64,000 nucleotides of DNA from positions 218-64,217 of the forward strand of contig NZ_JAPLAI010000036.1 of assembly GCF_026393345.1 (NCBI RefSeq). The letters are read 5' to 3'. Below are positions 1-11,705 of this stretch, one piece after another. Both the position numbers and the translations under genes were made by a program. Numbering within the stretch: position 1 is the first letter of the stretch; every line of letters begins with the position of its first letter. The notes below the pieces were generated by a model, which worked only from the letters and a program-made list of their open reading frames with translations, was not told where the DNA came from and ran no database searches. The DNA is from Microbacterium sp. (GTDB taxonomy: Bacteria; Actinomycetota; Actinomycetes; Actinomycetales; Microbacteriaceae).

Positions 1-2
1 CG

Positions 3-755
3 GCGGTGCTGCTCGACGCGCTCGTCGCGGGCCGCCCGTACCGCTATGCCACCGGAGCGGCGGGAGAGGGGCCCTTCACCGCCGCGGTCGACGCCGCAGT
101 CGGCGGCCCGGTCGCGGGGCTCCGCGTGGGGGTGACCCTGATATCGCCGTGGGACGACGCGGCGGACATCCGCCTGGACCCCGCCGCGCGCGAGGCCGTC
201 ACGGCGGCCGCGGACACGCTGGCGACGCTCGGGCACACGGTGACGGATGCGGCGTGGCACCCTCGCGGCTACGCCGAACTGTTCCGCATCCTGTGGCGCG
301 CGAGCGCGGCGCGGCTGCCGCTCTCCGACGCGGACCTGGGGCGCGTAGAGCCCATCACGGCGTGGCTCGTCCGGGAGGGCCGCGCGCTGCCCGCTGAGAC
401 GCTTCTCGGCGGTCTCGCTGCGGCGACCGCGTTCGAGCGGGAGACCATCGCCGCGTTCGCGGACTACGACGCGGTGCTCACCCCGGCGCTCGCGCTGCCC
501 GGACGCCCGGTGGGGTCGTTCGACCCGGTGGACGCGGAGCGCAACTTCATGCAGCAGGTGGAATACGCCCCGTACTCCAGCTTCGTGAACGTCGCGGGGC
601 TCCCCGCGCTCGTGCTCCCGGTAACGCGCGACGCGTCCGGGCACCCGGTGTCGGTGCAACTCGTGGGTCGCCCCGGCGGCGAGGCGGCGATCCTGGGACT
701 CGCCGCACAGCTCGAGGCCACCCGCGGCCCGCTGCCGCATCCGCCGGTCTGGTGA
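3..755 (+). CDS. Amidase signature family protein, C-terminal part (5' truncated by window)
   Basis: DAVLTP...FVNVAGLPALVLP...PVSVQLVGRPGGEAAILGLAAQLE is a typical amidase C-terminus. Confidence 0.85.
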   Translation, partial: AVLLDALVAGRPYRYATGAAGEGPFTAAVDAAVGGPVAGLRVGVTLISPWDDAADIRLDPAAREAVTAAADTLATLGHTVTDAAWHPRGYAELFRILWRASAARLPLSDADLGRVEPITAWLVREGRALPAETLLGGLAAATAFERETIAAFADYDAVLTPALALPGRPVGSFDPVDAERNFMQQVEYAPYSSFVNVAGLPALVLPVTRDASGHPVSVQLVGRPGGEAAILGLAAQLEATRGPLPHPPVW

Positions 756-776
756 CGGCGGTCCCGCTGCCGCGCT

Positions 777-902
777 TCGCACCCGCTCCCCTGACGCAAA
801 CTGCGACGCATTCGCACCACAAGCGACAGGCGAACGCGCCTCGCACCCGCTCCCCTGACGCAAACTGCGACGCGCACCCATCACAAGCGACAGGCGAACG
901 CC
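777..902. repeat. Two tandem ~64-bp imperfect direct repeats
   Basis: TCGCACCCGCTCCCCTGACGCAAACTGCGACGC...CACAAGCGACAGGCGAACGC starts at 777 and again at 841, between convergent genes. Confidence 0.9.
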
Positions 903-944
903 GAGGCGCGGGCAAGGCGCACCGCGATGCGACGGAGGGACGCC

Positions 945-2024
945 TCAGGCGTCGCCGGCGAGGGCGGCGAGACGCTCTTCCTCGTCCGCGCTGATGAGCG
1001 AGTCGATCACGGGTTCGAGGGCGCCGTCCATGACCTGGTCGAGGTTGTAGGCCTTGTACCCGGTGCGGTGGTCGGCGATGCGGTTCTCGGGGAAGTTGTA
1101 GGTGCGGATCCGCTCGGACCGATCCATGCCGCGGATCTGCGACTTGCGCGCATCGGCGGCGACCGCCGCCTGCTCCTCCTGTTGGCGGGCAAGAAGCCGG
1201 GCACGCAGCACGCGCATACCGGCCTCGCGGTTCTGCAGCTGTGACTTCTCGTTCTGCATCGACACCACGATGCCGGTGGGCAGGTGGGTGATGCGCACCG
1301 CGGAGTCGGTCGTGTTGACCGACTGACCGCCCGGCCCCGACGAGCGGAACACGTCGATCTTCAGGTCGTTCTGGCTGATCTGGACCTCGTCCGGCTCATC
1401 CACCTCGGGGAACACCAGCACGCCCGTGGTGGAGGTGTGGATGCGGCCCTGGGATTCGGTCGCGGGAACCCGCTGCACGCGGTGCACGCCGCCCTCGTAC
1501 TTCAGGTGCGCCCACACCCCCTGTGCGGGATCGGTCGAGGAGCCCTTGATCGCGACCTGGACGTCCTTGTAGCCGCCGAGGTCGGATTCGGTCCGCTCCA
1601 GGAGCTCCGTCTTCCATCCCTTGGAGGCGGCGTACTGCAGGTACATGCGCAGCAGGTCGGCGGCGAACAGGGCGCTCTCGGCTCCGCCCTCGCCGCCCTT
1701 GATCTCCATGATCACGTCGCGCGCGTCGTCGGGGTCGCGCGGGATGAGCAGGCGCCGGAGCTTCTCCTGGGCCTCATCCGCGCGGGTCTCGAGCGAGGGC
1801 ACCTCGGCGGCGAACGCTTCGTCCTCACGGGCGAGCTCGCGCGCGGCGGCGAGGTCCTCGGACGCCGCCACGTACGCGGAGTGCGCGGCGACGATCCGCG
1901 ACAGCTCCGCATAACGGCGGTTCACCCGCTTGGCACGGGCGGCATCGGCGTGCACCGCGGGGTCGGAGAGTTCCTCCTGCACCGCGCGGTGCTCGTCGAT
2001 CAGCGCCTCGACCGAGGCGAACAT
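945..2024 (-). CDS. prfA: Peptide chain release factor 1
   Basis: GGQ motif ([10 protein letters not shown]), PAT anticodon-mimic ([14 protein letters not shown]), [11 protein letters not shown]; start MFASVE at 2024; follows rho. Confidence 0.97.
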   Translation of the reverse strand: MFASVEALIDEHRAVQEELSDPAVHADAARAKRVNRRYAELSRIVAAHSAYVAASEDLAAARELAREDEAFAAEVPSLETRADEAQEKLRRLLIPRDPDDARDVIMEIKGGEGGAESALFAADLLRMYLQYAASKGWKTELLERTESDLGGYKDVQVAIKGSSTDPAQGVWAHLKYEGGVHRVQRVPATESQGRIHTSTTGVLVFPEVDEPDEVQISQNDLKIDVFRSSGPGGQSVNTTDSAVRITHLPTGIVVSMQNEKSQLQNREAGMRVLRARLLARQQEEQAAVAADARKSQIRGMDRSERIRTYNFPENRIADHRTGYKAYNLDQVMDGALEPVIDSLISADEEERLAALAGDA

Positions 2025-2046
2025 GCCGGAGTCGGACACGTCCGGG

Positions 2047-4014
2047 TCAGCGGATGCTGTTCTCGTGCGCGTGGCCGCCGGCGCCCGGCGCCGGGATCGA
2101 CTTCTGCATCTGCACGAGGAACTCGACGTTCGACTGCGTCTCCTTGAGCTTGCCGAGCACGACCTCCAGTGCCTGCTGGGTGTCGAGGCCGGCGAGAGCG
2201 CGACGCAGCTTCCACGTGATCTTGACCTCGTCGGCCGAGAGCAGCATCTCCTCACGGCGGGTCGAGGACGCGTTCACGTCGACGGCCGGGAAGATCCGCT
2301 TGTCGGCCAGCTGGCGCGACAGACGCAGTTCGCTGTTGCCGGTGCCCTTGAACTCCTCGAAGATGACGTCGTCCATCTTGGAACCGGTCTCCACCAGCGC
2401 GGTGGCGAGGATGGTCAGCGAGCCGCCGTTCTCGATGTTGCGCGCTGCGCCGAAGAAGCGCTTGGGCGGGTACAGCGCCGACGCGTCCACGCCACCGGAG
2501 AGGACGCGACCGCTCGTCGGTGCCGTCACGTTGTACGCGCGGCCGAGGCGGGTGATCGAGTCGAGCAGCCCGACGACGTCACGACCGAGCTCGACCAGGC
2601 GCTTGGCGCGCTCGATCGCGAGCTCGGCGACGGTGGTGTGGTCCTCGGCGGGACGGTCGAAGGTCGAGGCGATGACCTCGCCCTTCACGGTCCGCTGCAT
2701 GTCGGTGACCTCTTCGGGCCGCTCGTCGACCAGCACCACCATGAGGTGGACCTCGGGGTTGTTGGTCGCGATCGCGTTGGCGATCTGCTGCAGCACGATG
2801 GTCTTACCGGCCTTCGGGGGCGCGACGATGAGGCCGCGCTGGCCCTTGCCGATGGGGGCGACCAGGTCGATGATGCGCTGGGTCAGCTTCTCCGGCGCGG
2901 TCTCGAGACGCAGGCGCTCCTGCGGGTACAGCGGGGTGAGCTTGCCGAACTCGACGCGGGTGGCGGCGTCCTCGGCCGAGAGGCCGTTGATCGCGTCGAC
3001 CTTGACGAGCGCGTTGTACTTCTGGCGACCCTGCTGCTCGCCCTCACGGGGCTGCTTGATGGCGCCGACGACGGCGTCGCCCTTACGCAGGTTGTACTTC
3101 TTGACCTGACCGAGCGAGACGTAGACGTCACTGGGCCCGGGCAGGTAACCGCTGGTGCGCACAAACGCGTAGTTGTCGAGCACATCGAGGATGCCGGCGA
3201 TCGGGATGAGGACGTCGTCCTCGCCGATCTCGGGCTCGAACTCGTCGGTCGGGGCACCGCCGCGACGCTTGTTGCGCTGGCGCCCACGACCCTGCTGCTC
3301 ATCGTCGGCGGCGTCGTTGTGCTGCGGGCCGTTGTTCTGGGGCGCGTTGTTCTGCGCGGCCTGCGTGTTCTGGCCGGCCTGTGCCTCGCCGCCGGTCCCG
3401 CGCTTGTTGCGGTTGCGGTTACGGCTACGGCTACGGCTACGGCTGGACTGGTCGCCCTCGCCGTCGCCGGGCTCGGTGCCCTGCTCGCCGGCGGTCTCGG
3501 CGACCTGCTCGGTGGGCTGCTCCGCGGCGGCGGGAGCCTCCGGCGTCTCGACGGGGGCCTCGGGGGCGGCCTCGGCGGCGGCCTTCTCGGCGTCGGCCTT
3601 CGCCTTGGCACCGCGCGAGCGGGTGCCACGGGCGGGACGCGTCTTCGCGGCCGGTGCGGCCTCCTCGGTGGGCGTGGCGTCGTCGGTCGCCGGGGCCGCG
3701 CTCTCGACCGGGGCGGCAGCCTCGACCGGGGTGCTCTCGATCGGCGCAGTATCCGTGGCGGGCGCGGCATCCGTGGCGGGCGCAGCGGCCTCGACGGTCG
3801 CAGCCTCCGCGGCGACAGCGAGGTCGGCGCTCTTGGCCCGGCGCGGCGCGCGCTTGCGCGGCGCCTTCACCGGTGCGGCGTCGGCCGCGGGGGTCTCGGC
3901 CGACGGCTCGGCGGCGGCGGGCGCCGCATCCGGAGTCGTGGCCTGGGTGGAAGCCGCGTCGACGTTCTCGTCGACGTTCGGCTCAGTGGTCTGGATCTCG
4001 GAGATGGACTCCAC
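2047..4014 (-). CDS. rho: Transcription termination factor Rho with long low-complexity N-terminal insertion
   Basis: [41 protein letters not shown]; GTG start after AAGGGAG RBS. Confidence 0.97.
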   Translation of the reverse strand: MESISEIQTTEPNVDENVDAASTQATTPDAAPAAAEPSAETPAADAAPVKAPRKRAPRRAKSADLAVAAEAATVEAAAPATDAAPATDTAPIESTPVEAAAPVESAAPATDDATPTEEAAPAAKTRPARGTRSRGAKAKADAEKAAAEAAPEAPVETPEAPAAAEQPTEQVAETAGEQGTEPGDGEGDQSSRSRSRSRNRNRNKRGTGGEAQAGQNTQAAQNNAPQNNGPQHNDAADDEQQGRGRQRNKRRGGAPTDEFEPEIGEDDVLIPIAGILDVLDNYAFVRTSGYLPGPSDVYVSLGQVKKYNLRKGDAVVGAIKQPREGEQQGRQKYNALVKVDAINGLSAEDAATRVEFGKLTPLYPQERLRLETAPEKLTQRIIDLVAPIGKGQRGLIVAPPKAGKTIVLQQIANAIATNNPEVHLMVVLVDERPEEVTDMQRTVKGEVIASTFDRPAEDHTTVAELAIERAKRLVELGRDVVGLLDSITRLGRAYNVTAPTSGRVLSGGVDASALYPPKRFFGAARNIENGGSLTILATALVETGSKMDDVIFEEFKGTGNSELRLSRQLADKRIFPAVDVNASSTRREEMLLSADEVKITWKLRRALAGLDTQQALEVVLGKLKETQSNVEFLVQMQKSIPAPGAGGHAHENSIR

Positions 4015-4181
4015 GAGTGCTCCCTTGTGACGTGTGGAAATGCGCTGATCGCCGCGCACCGACGTCATCGAGCCGGGGCGTACGCCTCGTAACGATCAGA
4101 GGCAGACTGCCGGGGCTCTCGGTCAGTTGCGAGGATTGGCGCGGGTTCGCAGAATTGCGACGGAGGCCAGATACACGATGG

Positions 4182-5126
4182 TTACGTGGCACCCTCCGCG
4201 TTGTCCCTCACTGTACCACCCTTGAAGTCGACGGCGAGCATGAGGGCTTCCCACGGTGTGTCCGCATGCGAGGCCACGAGTTGCGCGGCCTCGAGACGCC
4301 GACCGGGCCCGTCCGCGAGCACGAGGACGCTCGGTCCCGCCCCGGAGACGACGGCAGCGAAGCCGGCCGCGCGCAGCGCCTGCACGAGCTTGTCGGTCTC
4401 GGGCATCGCCGCCGCACGATAGCTCTGGTGCAGCTTGTCCTCGGTCGCCGCCATGAGCAGCTCTGGGCTTTGCGTGAGCGCCGCGATGAGCAGCGCCGAG
4501 CGCGACACGTTGAACACCGCATCCTCACGCGAGACGTGCAAGGGCTGCAGGCTCCGCGCCACCGAGGTCGACATGGTGAACTCGGGCACGAACACGATGG
4601 GCGAGACACCGCGGTGCACGAGGAGCTTCTTGTGCTGCGGACCCGAGGCGTCGACCCACGCGATCGTCAGCCCGCCGAACAGGGCCGGCGCCACGTTGTC
4701 GGGGTGCCCCTCCAGCTCGGTGGCGAGCCGCAGCAGCGTATCCGCGTCGATGTCGACGATGCCCTCGAGCAGGCCCTTCGCGGCGAGGAGACCGGAGACC
4801 ACCGCGGCACCGGACGAGCCGAGGCCACGTCCGTGCGGGATCACGTTCCGACCCTCGAGCCGGAGGCCAGGGAGCACCTGCCCCATCGCGTCGAAGGCGT
4901 AGGCGATCGAGCGCACGACGAGGTGCGTCGCGTCGCGCGGCACCGCGTCGGCACCCGCCCCTTCGACCTCGATCTCGAGGCGGCCTGCCTCGAGCGCGGT
5001 GACCGTCAGCTCGTCGTACACGCTGAGGGCGAGCCCCAGCGTGTCGAAGCCGGGGCCGAGGTTCGCGCTGGTGGCGGGTACCCGCACCGCGACGCTGCGC
5101 CCCACGGCGACAGCGGACTGGGTCAC
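4182..5126 (-). CDS. thrB: Homoserine kinase
   Basis: [38 protein letters not shown]; GTGA overlap with thrC stop. Confidence 0.96.
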   Translation of the reverse strand: MTQSAVAVGRSVAVRVPATSANLGPGFDTLGLALSVYDELTVTALEAGRLEIEVEGAGADAVPRDATHLVVRSIAYAFDAMGQVLPGLRLEGRNVIPHGRGLGSSGAAVVSGLLAAKGLLEGIVDIDADTLLRLATELEGHPDNVAPALFGGLTIAWVDASGPQHKKLLVHRGVSPIVFVPEFTMSTSVARSLQPLHVSREDAVFNVSRSALLIAALTQSPELLMAATEDKLHQSYRAAAMPETDKLVQALRAAGFAAVVSGAGPSVLVLADGPGRRLEAAQLVASHADTPWEALMLAVDFKGGTVRDNAEGAT

Positions 5127-6208
5127 GCCGACGCCTCGGGCTGCAGCTGCAGGACGGAGGCGACCTCCGACACCGTCGCGTCGACGACCGTGGGGGTCAC
5201 CTGCCCGCCGTCCGCGGTGCGAAGGGCCCACTGCGGGTCCTTCAGACCGTGACCGGTGACGGTGAGGACGACGGTGGCGCCCTTCGGGACGATGCCCGCC
5301 TCGGCCCGGTCGAGCAGGCCTGCCACCGAGATGGCGGATGCGGGCTCGACGAAGATGCCGACCTCGCCGGCGAGCAGTTTCTGCGCGGCGAGGATGCGGT
5401 CGTCCTCGATGGCGCCGAACCAGCCGTCGGTGGCGTCGCGTGCCTCGAGGGCCAGCTGCCAGGATGCCGGGTTGCCGATGCGGATGGCGCTGGCCACCGT
5501 CTCGGGGTTCTTCACGACCTCGCCGCGCACGAGCGGTGCGGAACCCGCGGCCTGGAACCCGAACATGCGCGGGATCTTCGTGGACACGCCGCGCTCGGCC
5601 TCCTCGCGGTAGCCGCGGGTGTAGGCGGTGTAGTTGCCGGCGTTGCCCACCGGGATGAAGTGGAAGTCGGGGGCGTCGCCGAGCTGCGAGACGACCTCGT
5701 ACGCGGCCGTCTTCTGTCCGTCGATGCGGTCGGGGTTGACCGAGTTGACCAGGTGCACCGGGTACGTGTCGGCGAGCTCACGGGCGATCTCGAGGCAGTC
5801 GTCGAAGTTGCCGCGGATCTGGATGAGCGAGCCGTTGTGGGCGACAGCCTGGCTGAGCTTGCCCATGGCGATCTTGCCCTCGGGCACGAGCACGGCGGCG
5901 GTGATGCCGGCGTGCGCGGCATAGGCCGCGGCGGAGGCCGAGGTGTTACCGGTCGACGCGCAGATGACGGCCTTCGCGCCGTGATCGATCGCGCGGGAGA
6001 TCGCGACGGTCATGCCGCGGTCCTTGAACGACCCGGTCGGGTTCATGCCCTCGTACTTCACCCAGACGTCCGCGCCGGTGAGGCGCGACAGTGCCGGTGC
6101 CGGAAGGAGCGGGGTTCCGCCCTCCCCCAGCGTGACGACGTTCGAGGTCTCGGTCACGCCGAGTCGGTCGGCGTATTCGCGGAGGACTCCGCGCCAGACG
6201 TGTGCCAT
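5123..6208 (-). CDS. thrC: Threonine synthase
   Basis: [10 protein letters not shown] (PLP Lys), [24 protein letters not shown]. Confidence 0.96.
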   Translation of the reverse strand: MAHVWRGVLREYADRLGVTETSNVVTLGEGGTPLLPAPALSRLTGADVWVKYEGMNPTGSFKDRGMTVAISRAIDHGAKAVICASTGNTSASAAAYAAHAGITAAVLVPEGKIAMGKLSQAVAHNGSLIQIRGNFDDCLEIARELADTYPVHLVNSVNPDRIDGQKTAAYEVVSQLGDAPDFHFIPVGNAGNYTAYTRGYREEAERGVSTKIPRMFGFQAAGSAPLVRGEVVKNPETVASAIRIGNPASWQLALEARDATDGWFGAIEDDRILAAQKLLAGEVGIFVEPASAISVAGLLDRAEAGIVPKGATVVLTVTGHGLKDPQWALRTADGGQVTPTVVDATVSEVASVLQLQPEASA

Positions 6209-6209
6209 G

Positions 6210-7565
6210 TCAGTCTCCTTCTACCCGCAGGACCGAGACGACGCGCTCGACGACGCCGCTCTCGGCGAGCCGCTGTACGGTCTCGCTCAGGTCCTGCTCT
6301 CGTGCCTTGTGCGTTCCGATGACCAATCGCGCCTGCGCCGCACCCGTTTCGGTGTCGGTCGCGGTCGCGGTGCCCGTCGTGGGGTCGATGACGGTCTGTT
6401 CGACCGTGGCGATCGAGACCCGGCCGTCGCTGAGGATGCCGGCGATCGTGGCGAGCACGCCCGGCTGGTCTTCCACCTCGAGCGTGATCTGGTAGCGCGT
6501 CACCGCGCGGCCGATCTCCAGCACGGGCAGGTTGGCGCGGGTCGACTCGCCGACGCCGACACCGCCGGCGATGTGGCGGCGGGCGGCCGAGACGACGTCG
6601 CCGAGCACGGCGGACGCGGTCTGCACGCCGCCGGCACCGGCGCCGTAGAACATGAGGGAGCCGGCGGCCTCCGCCTCGACGAACACGGCGTTGTTCGCGC
6701 CGTGCACGCTCGCGAGCGGGTGGGTACGGGCGATGAGGGCCGGGTAGACGCGCACCGAGATGGCCTCACCGGATGCGGACGCCTCGGCCTCGCCGGTCAG
6801 TCGCTCGCACACCGCCAGCAGCTTGATGACGTAGCCCGCATGGCGGGCCGCATCCATCATCGCCTTGTCGACGTGGGTGATGCCCTCGCGGTGCACGGCG
6901 TCCAGCGGCACGGCCGTGTGGAAGGCGAGCGAGGCGAGGATCGCCGCCTTCTGCGCGGCGTCGTAACCCTCGATGTCGGCGGTCGGGTCGGACTCGGCGT
7001 ATCCCAGTCGCTGCGCGTCGGCGAGCACATCGCTGAACTCGGCGCCCTCCGCATCCATGCGGTCGAGGATGTAGTTGGTCGTTCCGTTGACGATGCCCAT
7101 GATGCGCTTGACCCGGTCGCCGGCCAGTGAGTCGCGCAGCGGCCGGATGATGGGGATGGCGCCGGCGGCGGCGGCCTCGTAGTAAACCTGGGCGCCCACC
7201 TGGTCGGCGGCGTCGAAGATCTCGGTGCCGTAGGTGGCGAGCAGCGCCTTGTTGGCCGTGACGACGTCGGCGCCGGAGTTGATGGCCTGCAGCAGGTAGG
7301 TGCGGGCGGGTTCGAGCCCGCCGATGAGCTCGATGACGATGTCGGCTCCGACGATGAGCGATTCGGCGTCGGTGGTGAACAGCTCCTGCGGCAGATCGAC
7401 GTCGCGCGGGGCGTCCACGTCGCGCACGGCGATGCCCGCGAGTTCCAGCGTGGCACCGGCTCGGTCGGCGAGCTCGTCGGCGTGGCGGAGCAGCAACGAG
7501 GCGACCTGGGATCCGACGGCCCCGGCCCCCAGCAGCGCCACGCGCAGGTTGCGGTAGTCGATCAT
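6210..7565 (-). CDS. hom: Homoserine dehydrogenase with C-terminal ACT domain
   Basis: [40 protein letters not shown]. Confidence 0.96.
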   Translation of the reverse strand: MIDYRNLRVALLGAGAVGSQVASLLLRHADELADRAGATLELAGIAVRDVDAPRDVDLPQELFTTDAESLIVGADIVIELIGGLEPARTYLLQAINSGADVVTANKALLATYGTEIFDAADQVGAQVYYEAAAAGAIPIIRPLRDSLAGDRVKRIMGIVNGTTNYILDRMDAEGAEFSDVLADAQRLGYAESDPTADIEGYDAAQKAAILASLAFHTAVPLDAVHREGITHVDKAMMDAARHAGYVIKLLAVCERLTGEAEASASGEAISVRVYPALIARTHPLASVHGANNAVFVEAEAAGSLMFYGAGAGGVQTASAVLGDVVSAARRHIAGGVGVGESTRANLPVLEIGRAVTRYQITLEVEDQPGVLATIAGILSDGRVSIATVEQTVIDPTTGTATATDTETGAAQARLVIGTHKAREQDLSETVQRLAESGVVERVVSVLRVEGD

Positions 7566-8879
7566 GCCTCCCCTTCCTTGGCGGGAACGCCGACGTCGCG
7601 GGCGAGCAGGTCGTCGACCGTCTCGCCGCGCACGATCACACGCGCGGTCCCGGCGTGCACCGCCACCACCGGGGGGCGGGGCACGTAGTTGTAGTTGCTG
7701 GACAGTGAGAAGCAGTAGGCGCCGGTCGCCGGCACGGCGAGCAGGTCGCCCGGGGCGACGTCGCCCGGCAGGTACTCGTCCTCGACGACGATGTCGCCGG
7801 ACTCGCAGTGCACGCCGACGACACGGGTGAGGGCGGGCTCGGCGACGCTGGAGCGCGACGCGATGCGGGCGGAGTACGCGGCGCCGTACAGGGCGGTGCG
7901 CGGGTTGTCGCTCATGCCGCCGTCGACACTGACGTACAGGCGCGTGTGCGCGTCATCGACGCGGACGGGCTTGGTGGTGCCGACCTCGTAGAGAGTGACG
8001 CCCGCGGTGCCGACGATCGCGCGGCCGGGTTCGAAGGCCAGCTCCGGGACCGGGATGGCGCGGGTGAGGCATTCGCGGGCGACCGCCGCGACGATGCCGT
8101 CCGCGAAGCTCGGCGTGGAGGTCCATGACGCGGGCGGCGGACTCCGCAAAGCCGGCCACACCGAAGATCTGCGACCCGATGTGGCAGTGCAGGCCGAGGA
8201 AGCGCAGGCCCGGCACCTCACGGATGCGGGCGACCGCGGCGGGTGCCTCGCTCAGGGCGAAGCCGAACTTCTGGTCCTCGTGCGCGGTGGCGAGGAAGGC
8301 GTGCGTCTCGGCGTGCACACCGCTGTTCACGCGCAGGAGCACCGACCGCACGGCGCCCTCGCGGGCGGTGATCGCGGCAAGGCGGTCGATCTCGTCGAGG
8401 CTGTCGACGATGATCGTGCCGACGCCGACCTGCACCGCGCGGGTGAGTTCGGCGACGCTCTTGTTGTTGCCGTGGAAGCCGAGGCGTGCGGGCGCGGCAC
8501 CGCCGGCGAGGGCCACGGCGAGCTCACCGCCGGAGCACACGTCGACGTTCAATCCTTCGTCGAGCACCCAGCGCACGACCTCGGTGGAGAGGAACGCCTT
8601 CCCGGCGTAGTAGACGCGGGCACGGGTGCCGTGCGCGGCCGCGGCGCGCTCGAACGCGGCGCGGGTGCGGCGGGCGCGGGCACGCACCTCATCCTCGTCG
8701 AGCACGTACAGCGGGGTGCCGAAGGTGGCGGCGAGGTCACGCGCACCGACGCCGCCGAGGACCAGTTCGCCCGCGTCACGCGCCGCGGACGCGGGCCACA
8801 CCTGCGGGGCGAGCGCGTTGGCGTCTTCCGGAACGGCGAGCCATGTCGGCGCGAACGGACGGGCGGGCGAGGCGGACAC
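7562..8879 (-). pseudogene. lysA: Diaminopimelate decarboxylase, split by a frameshifting deletion near 8105-8110
   Basis: N-half has YYAGKAF and HCHIGSQIF; C-half in another frame has FEPGR, VDGGMSDNPR, HCESGD, GAYC; the GGGFG segment between them is absent. Confidence 0.85.
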
Positions 8880-9009
8880 GGTGGGACCAATCGGATGGGT
8901 GGATGACGTGCACTGCCGGGGCGGGACACCGGGCGCGCGGATCCCTTGCAGTCTAGGGGATGACGTCGGCGCCCCCTGTCCCCTCGCCGCATCCGCGGCC
9001 CCCGCACCG

Positions 9010-9078
9010 CGAGACCACATTCGTTTCGCGAGACTCCATGAGAACGGATGTGGCCTGGGCGATCGGATGTCGTCTCGG
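9010..9078. repeat. CGAGAC...GTCTCG REP-like element
   Basis: Two CGAGAC-headed copies plus inverted GGATGTCGTCTCG; GATCGGATGTCGTCTCG (9061-9077) is identical to 50695-50711. Confidence 0.7.
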
Positions 9079-9091
9079 CGTGGCGCCGGGC

Positions 9092-9904
9092 TCAGGAGCA
9101 GGTGCCCTTGGCCTGCAGCGCCTCCTCAGTGAGGGTGGTGGCGGCGATGTCGAAGCCGGCCACGAGCCGGTCGCCGGTCACCGCCACGTCCGCCAGGGCG
9201 AGCGGCGCGGGCAGGTACTGCGCGATGCACACCCGCCATTCCCGCAGCATGCCGTCGGCGAGGCCGCCGAGGCGGTCGCGCAGCTCGTCCGCGCTCACCT
9301 CGGCGTCGGCGAGCGTGAGGCTGTCGGGCGTGAGGACGAGGTCGCCGGCCGCGGCGCCCGGGCGCAGTCCGATGCCGATCGGGATGGCGGCGCCGAACAC
9401 CCGCACCTCAGTGGATGCGGTCACGTCGGGGTCGGCGAGGCCGACGGCGTCGGCCGGGAAACCGTCGACGGTGCCGAGCAGCGCCTGCAGCTGCGCCGCA
9501 TCCAGGGTCACGCTCGCCGCTCCCCCGCTGATCGTGGGGTCGCCGCGGAACGCGAGGTCGCGGACGGTCACCGCGACGGAACCGGAGAGGTCGTCGATCC
9601 GAAGGTCCGGTGCCGAGACCGTGGCCTCGTCGATGGTGCCGCGCACCAGCTGAACCAGCAGGATGCCCGGGATGTCCACGTCGATGCTCGATGCGTCCGA
9701 GACTCCGAGGCTCGCGACGGCCTGCTGTTTCACGGCGCGCGTGACGATGTCACGGGCGAGCCACTCACCGGCCAGGGCGGCTGCGACGAGCAGCACCACG
9801 AGCACGATGAGCGCGATCAGCCAGCGACGGCCGCGGTGCCGGCGACGCGGCGGAGCCACCGGCTCGGCGGCGAGCGGAAGCGTGGGCTGCGTCGGGCCGG
9901 TCAT
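9092..9904 (-). CDS. DUF2993/LmeA-like membrane-anchored protein
   Basis: Single N-terminal TM after a basic stretch, 'LVQLVRGTIDEATV' pattern; position between argS and lysA. Confidence 0.7.
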   Translation of the reverse strand: MTGPTQPTLPLAAEPVAPPRRRHRGRRWLIALIVLVVLLVAAALAGEWLARDIVTRAVKQQAVASLGVSDASSIDVDIPGILLVQLVRGTIDEATVSAPDLRIDDLSGSVAVTVRDLAFRGDPTISGGAASVTLDAAQLQALLGTVDGFPADAVGLADPDVTASTEVRVFGAAIPIGIGLRPGAAAGDLVLTPDSLTLADAEVSADELRDRLGGLADGMLREWRVCIAQYLPAPLALADVAVTGDRLVAGFDIAATTLTEEALQAKGTCS

Positions 9905-9908
9905 CCGG

Positions 9909-11576
9909 TCACATCCGTTCGGGGGCGCTCACTCCGAGCAGATCGAGTCCGTTCCGCAGGACCTGGCCGGTCGCGTCGTTCAGCCACAGGCGGGTGCGGT
10001 GCACCGACTCCACCGGGTCGTCGCCCTGCGGGATGACACGGCAGTTGTCGTACCAGCGGTGGTAGAGGCCGGCGAGTTCCTCGAGGTAGCGGGCCACCCG
10101 GTGGGGCTCTCGCACGTCGGCTGCGAACGCGACGATGCGCGGGAACTCCTGCAGCGCACCGAGGAGCGCGCTCTCGGTCTCGTGCGTGAGCGTCTCGGGG
10201 GCGAACTCGCCCCGGTCGACACCCGACGACTCGGCGTTGCGGGCCACGTTGTGGGTGCGGGCGTGGGCGTACTGCACGTAGAACACCGGGTTGTCGTTGG
10301 TGCGCTTGCGCAGCAGCTCCGGGTCAAGGGTGAGCGGCGAGTCCGCCGGGTACCGGGCGAGCGAGTAGCGCAGCGCGTCCGTGCCGAGCCATTCGCGCAG
10401 GTCGTCCATCTCGATGATGTTGCCGGCGCGCTTGGACAGGCGTGCCCCGTTGACCGACACGAGCTGGCCGATGAGCACCTCGATGTCCTTCTCCGGGTCG
10501 TCGCCGGCCGCACCGGCGAGAGCCTTCAGCCGGTGCACGTAGCCGTGATGGTCGGCGCCGAGCAGGTAGATCTTGTGGGCGAAACCGCGGTCACCCTTGT
10601 TGAGGTAGTACGCGGCGTCGGCGGCGAAGTAGGTGTACTCGCCGTTGGACCGACGGATCACGCGGTCCTTGTCGTCGCCGAACGCGGTGGTGCGCACCCA
10701 CACGGCGTCGTCCTGGTCGTAGACGTGACCCTGCGCGCGGAGGCGATCGACGGCCTCGTCGACGAGGCTCGGGCCGCCGTCCGCGGGCTTGTCGTGCAGG
10801 ATGCGCTCGCTGAACCAGACGTCGAAGTGCACATTGAACTGCTCGAGCGACGCCTGGAGCTCGCCGAGCTGCAGGCGGTAGGCGACCTCGCGGGCGGTGA
10901 CGAGCCGCTCCTCGGGGTCGAGGTCGAGCAGATCGGGCCGCTCCGCGAGCACCCGCTGCGCCAGGGCGTCGATGTACGCACCGGCGTAGCCGCCCTCGGG
11001 TGTGGGCTGTCCCTCCGCCGCGGCAAGCACGGACAGCGCGAACCGCTCCATCTGCGCGCCTGCGTCGTTGATGTAGAACTCCCGCACGAGAGTCGCACCG
11101 CTGGCGAGCAGCAGACGCGCCATGGCGTCGCCGAGCGCCGCCCACCGGGTGTGGCCGATGTGGAGCGGCCCGGTGGGGTTCGCCGAGACGAACTCCAGGT
11201 TGATCGTGTTGCCCCGCTGCGACTCGTTCGTGCCGTACGCCGCACCCGCATCCACGATGGTCTTCGCGAGGGCGCCGGCGGCCGCCGCGTCCAGGCGGAT
11301 GTTGATGAACCCGGGCCCGGCGACCTCGACCGATGCGATGCCGGGGGTCTGCTCGAGACCCTCGGCGAGCCGCGCGGCGAGTTCGCGCGGCGCGATGCCG
11401 AGGGACTTGGCGAACTTGAGCGCGATGTTCGACGACCAGTCGCCGTGCTCGCGGTTCTTGGGGCGCTCCAGCACGATGTCGGATGCGGTCACCTCGGCGC
11501 CCGCGCCCGCTCGTCGCTCCTCGGCGAGCGGGACGAGGACGGCGAGGAGTGCGGCGGAGAGCTGTTGGGGATCCAT
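9909..11576 (-). CDS. argS: Arginine--tRNA ligase
   Basis: EFVSANPTGPLHIGH (HIGH), LSKRAG, YVQYAHAR, C-terminal APERM. Confidence 0.98.
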   Translation of the reverse strand: MDPQQLSAALLAVLVPLAEERRAGAGAEVTASDIVLERPKNREHGDWSSNIALKFAKSLGIAPRELAARLAEGLEQTPGIASVEVAGPGFINIRLDAAAAGALAKTIVDAGAAYGTNESQRGNTINLEFVSANPTGPLHIGHTRWAALGDAMARLLLASGATLVREFYINDAGAQMERFALSVLAAAEGQPTPEGGYAGAYIDALAQRVLAERPDLLDLDPEERLVTAREVAYRLQLGELQASLEQFNVHFDVWFSERILHDKPADGGPSLVDEAVDRLRAQGHVYDQDDAVWVRTTAFGDDKDRVIRRSNGEYTYFAADAAYYLNKGDRGFAHKIYLLGADHHGYVHRLKALAGAAGDDPEKDIEVLIGQLVSVNGARLSKRAGNIIEMDDLREWLGTDALRYSLARYPADSPLTLDPELLRKRTNDNPVFYVQYAHARTHNVARNAESSGVDRGEFAPETLTHETESALLGALQEFPRIVAFAADVREPHRVARYLEELAGLYHRWYDNCRVIPQGDDPVESVHRTRLWLNDATGQVLRNGLDLLGVSAPERM

Positions 11577-11705
11577 AGGCCTTCTATCCTACGGTCGCGC
11601 CTCCCCCGTTCCCGTGAGTCCCCGCGTTCCCCCGGCCAGACGTCACTGCTGTCCCGACGCGCCCGAGACGGCACACCCGGACGGCTCGCGCGCCGGCGGT
11701 GGCCC

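Noticed and set aside
777-902. Possible CRISPR array
   Set aside because: Only two units, no distinct spacers and no cas genes
8095-8125. Programmed ribosomal frameshift in lysA (also considered at 33749)
   Set aside because: Conserved sequence is missing rather than shifted, and no slippery site is evident
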